Origin: Octopus bimaculoides
Taxonomy: Eukaryota
Assembly (NCBI RefSeq): GCF_001194135.2
Contig: NC_068997.1
Coordinates: 19,151,281-19,215,280, forward strand
Direction: 5' to 3'
Length of the DNA: 64,000 bases
Below, piece after piece: positions 63,775-64,000 of the stretch. The position numbers and the translations under genes were made by a program. Positions within the stretch are counted from its first letter, which is position 1, and the number at the start of each line of letters is the position of its first letter. The notes below the pieces were generated by a model. It ran no database searches. It was given only the letters and a program-made list of their open reading frames with translations, and had not been told where the DNA came from.

Positions 63775-64000
63775 GTAAATACAATTTTATTTGTTTGTTT
63801 TTATTTTACTATATTTCTTAGCTGTTATCTTAACTATTTTATTATCATATTTCTTTTACTTTTGCTTCAACTAATTTTGAAAATAATGAAGAATTTTGTA
63901 AAATAACTTATTAAGTTTGTGTTTGGAATGTAACATGAAATTTTGAAAGAAGGTTTTAATTTAGATCACTTTAGACATTTTGTTACCATTTCTCTTGAAA

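Overview
Eukaryotic, AT-rich, microsatellite-dense draft-assembly DNA with many N gaps. The repeat families suggest an octopus; this is inferred from the SINE and microsatellite landscape, not proven. The window holds the 5' part of one + strand gene, furry (fry; FRY/FRYL, Tao3/Mor2 family NDR-kinase scaffold). I reconstructed 23 coding exons by hand (24857-63774). Every visible splice site is canonical GT/AG and the phases are consistent. They encode about 1,050 aa from the ATG at 24876, and the gene continues past the window end. The rest is intron or upstream DNA filled with tRNA-derived SINEs, decayed RTE and R4/Dong LINE fragments, mariner/Tc1 relics, hAT- and piggyBac-type MITEs and simple repeats. 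Nearly all ORFs in the supplied track are microsatellite or gap artefacts. There is no CRISPR array, rRNA, genuine tRNA or prokaryote-type system. I did not find a demonstrably new biological system. The best leads are: a 72/73-bp intronic inverted repeat whose only mismatch is A-C; fry codons where A-to-I editing would restore conserved residues; inverted SINEs bracketing the ATG exon; an indel-free 48-bp repeat with an antisense 16-aa periodic frame; a candidate upstream exon; (TAA)n-embedded Dong-like LINEs; and body/tail shuffling among SINEs. All comparisons with human FRY are from memory and need a real alignment.
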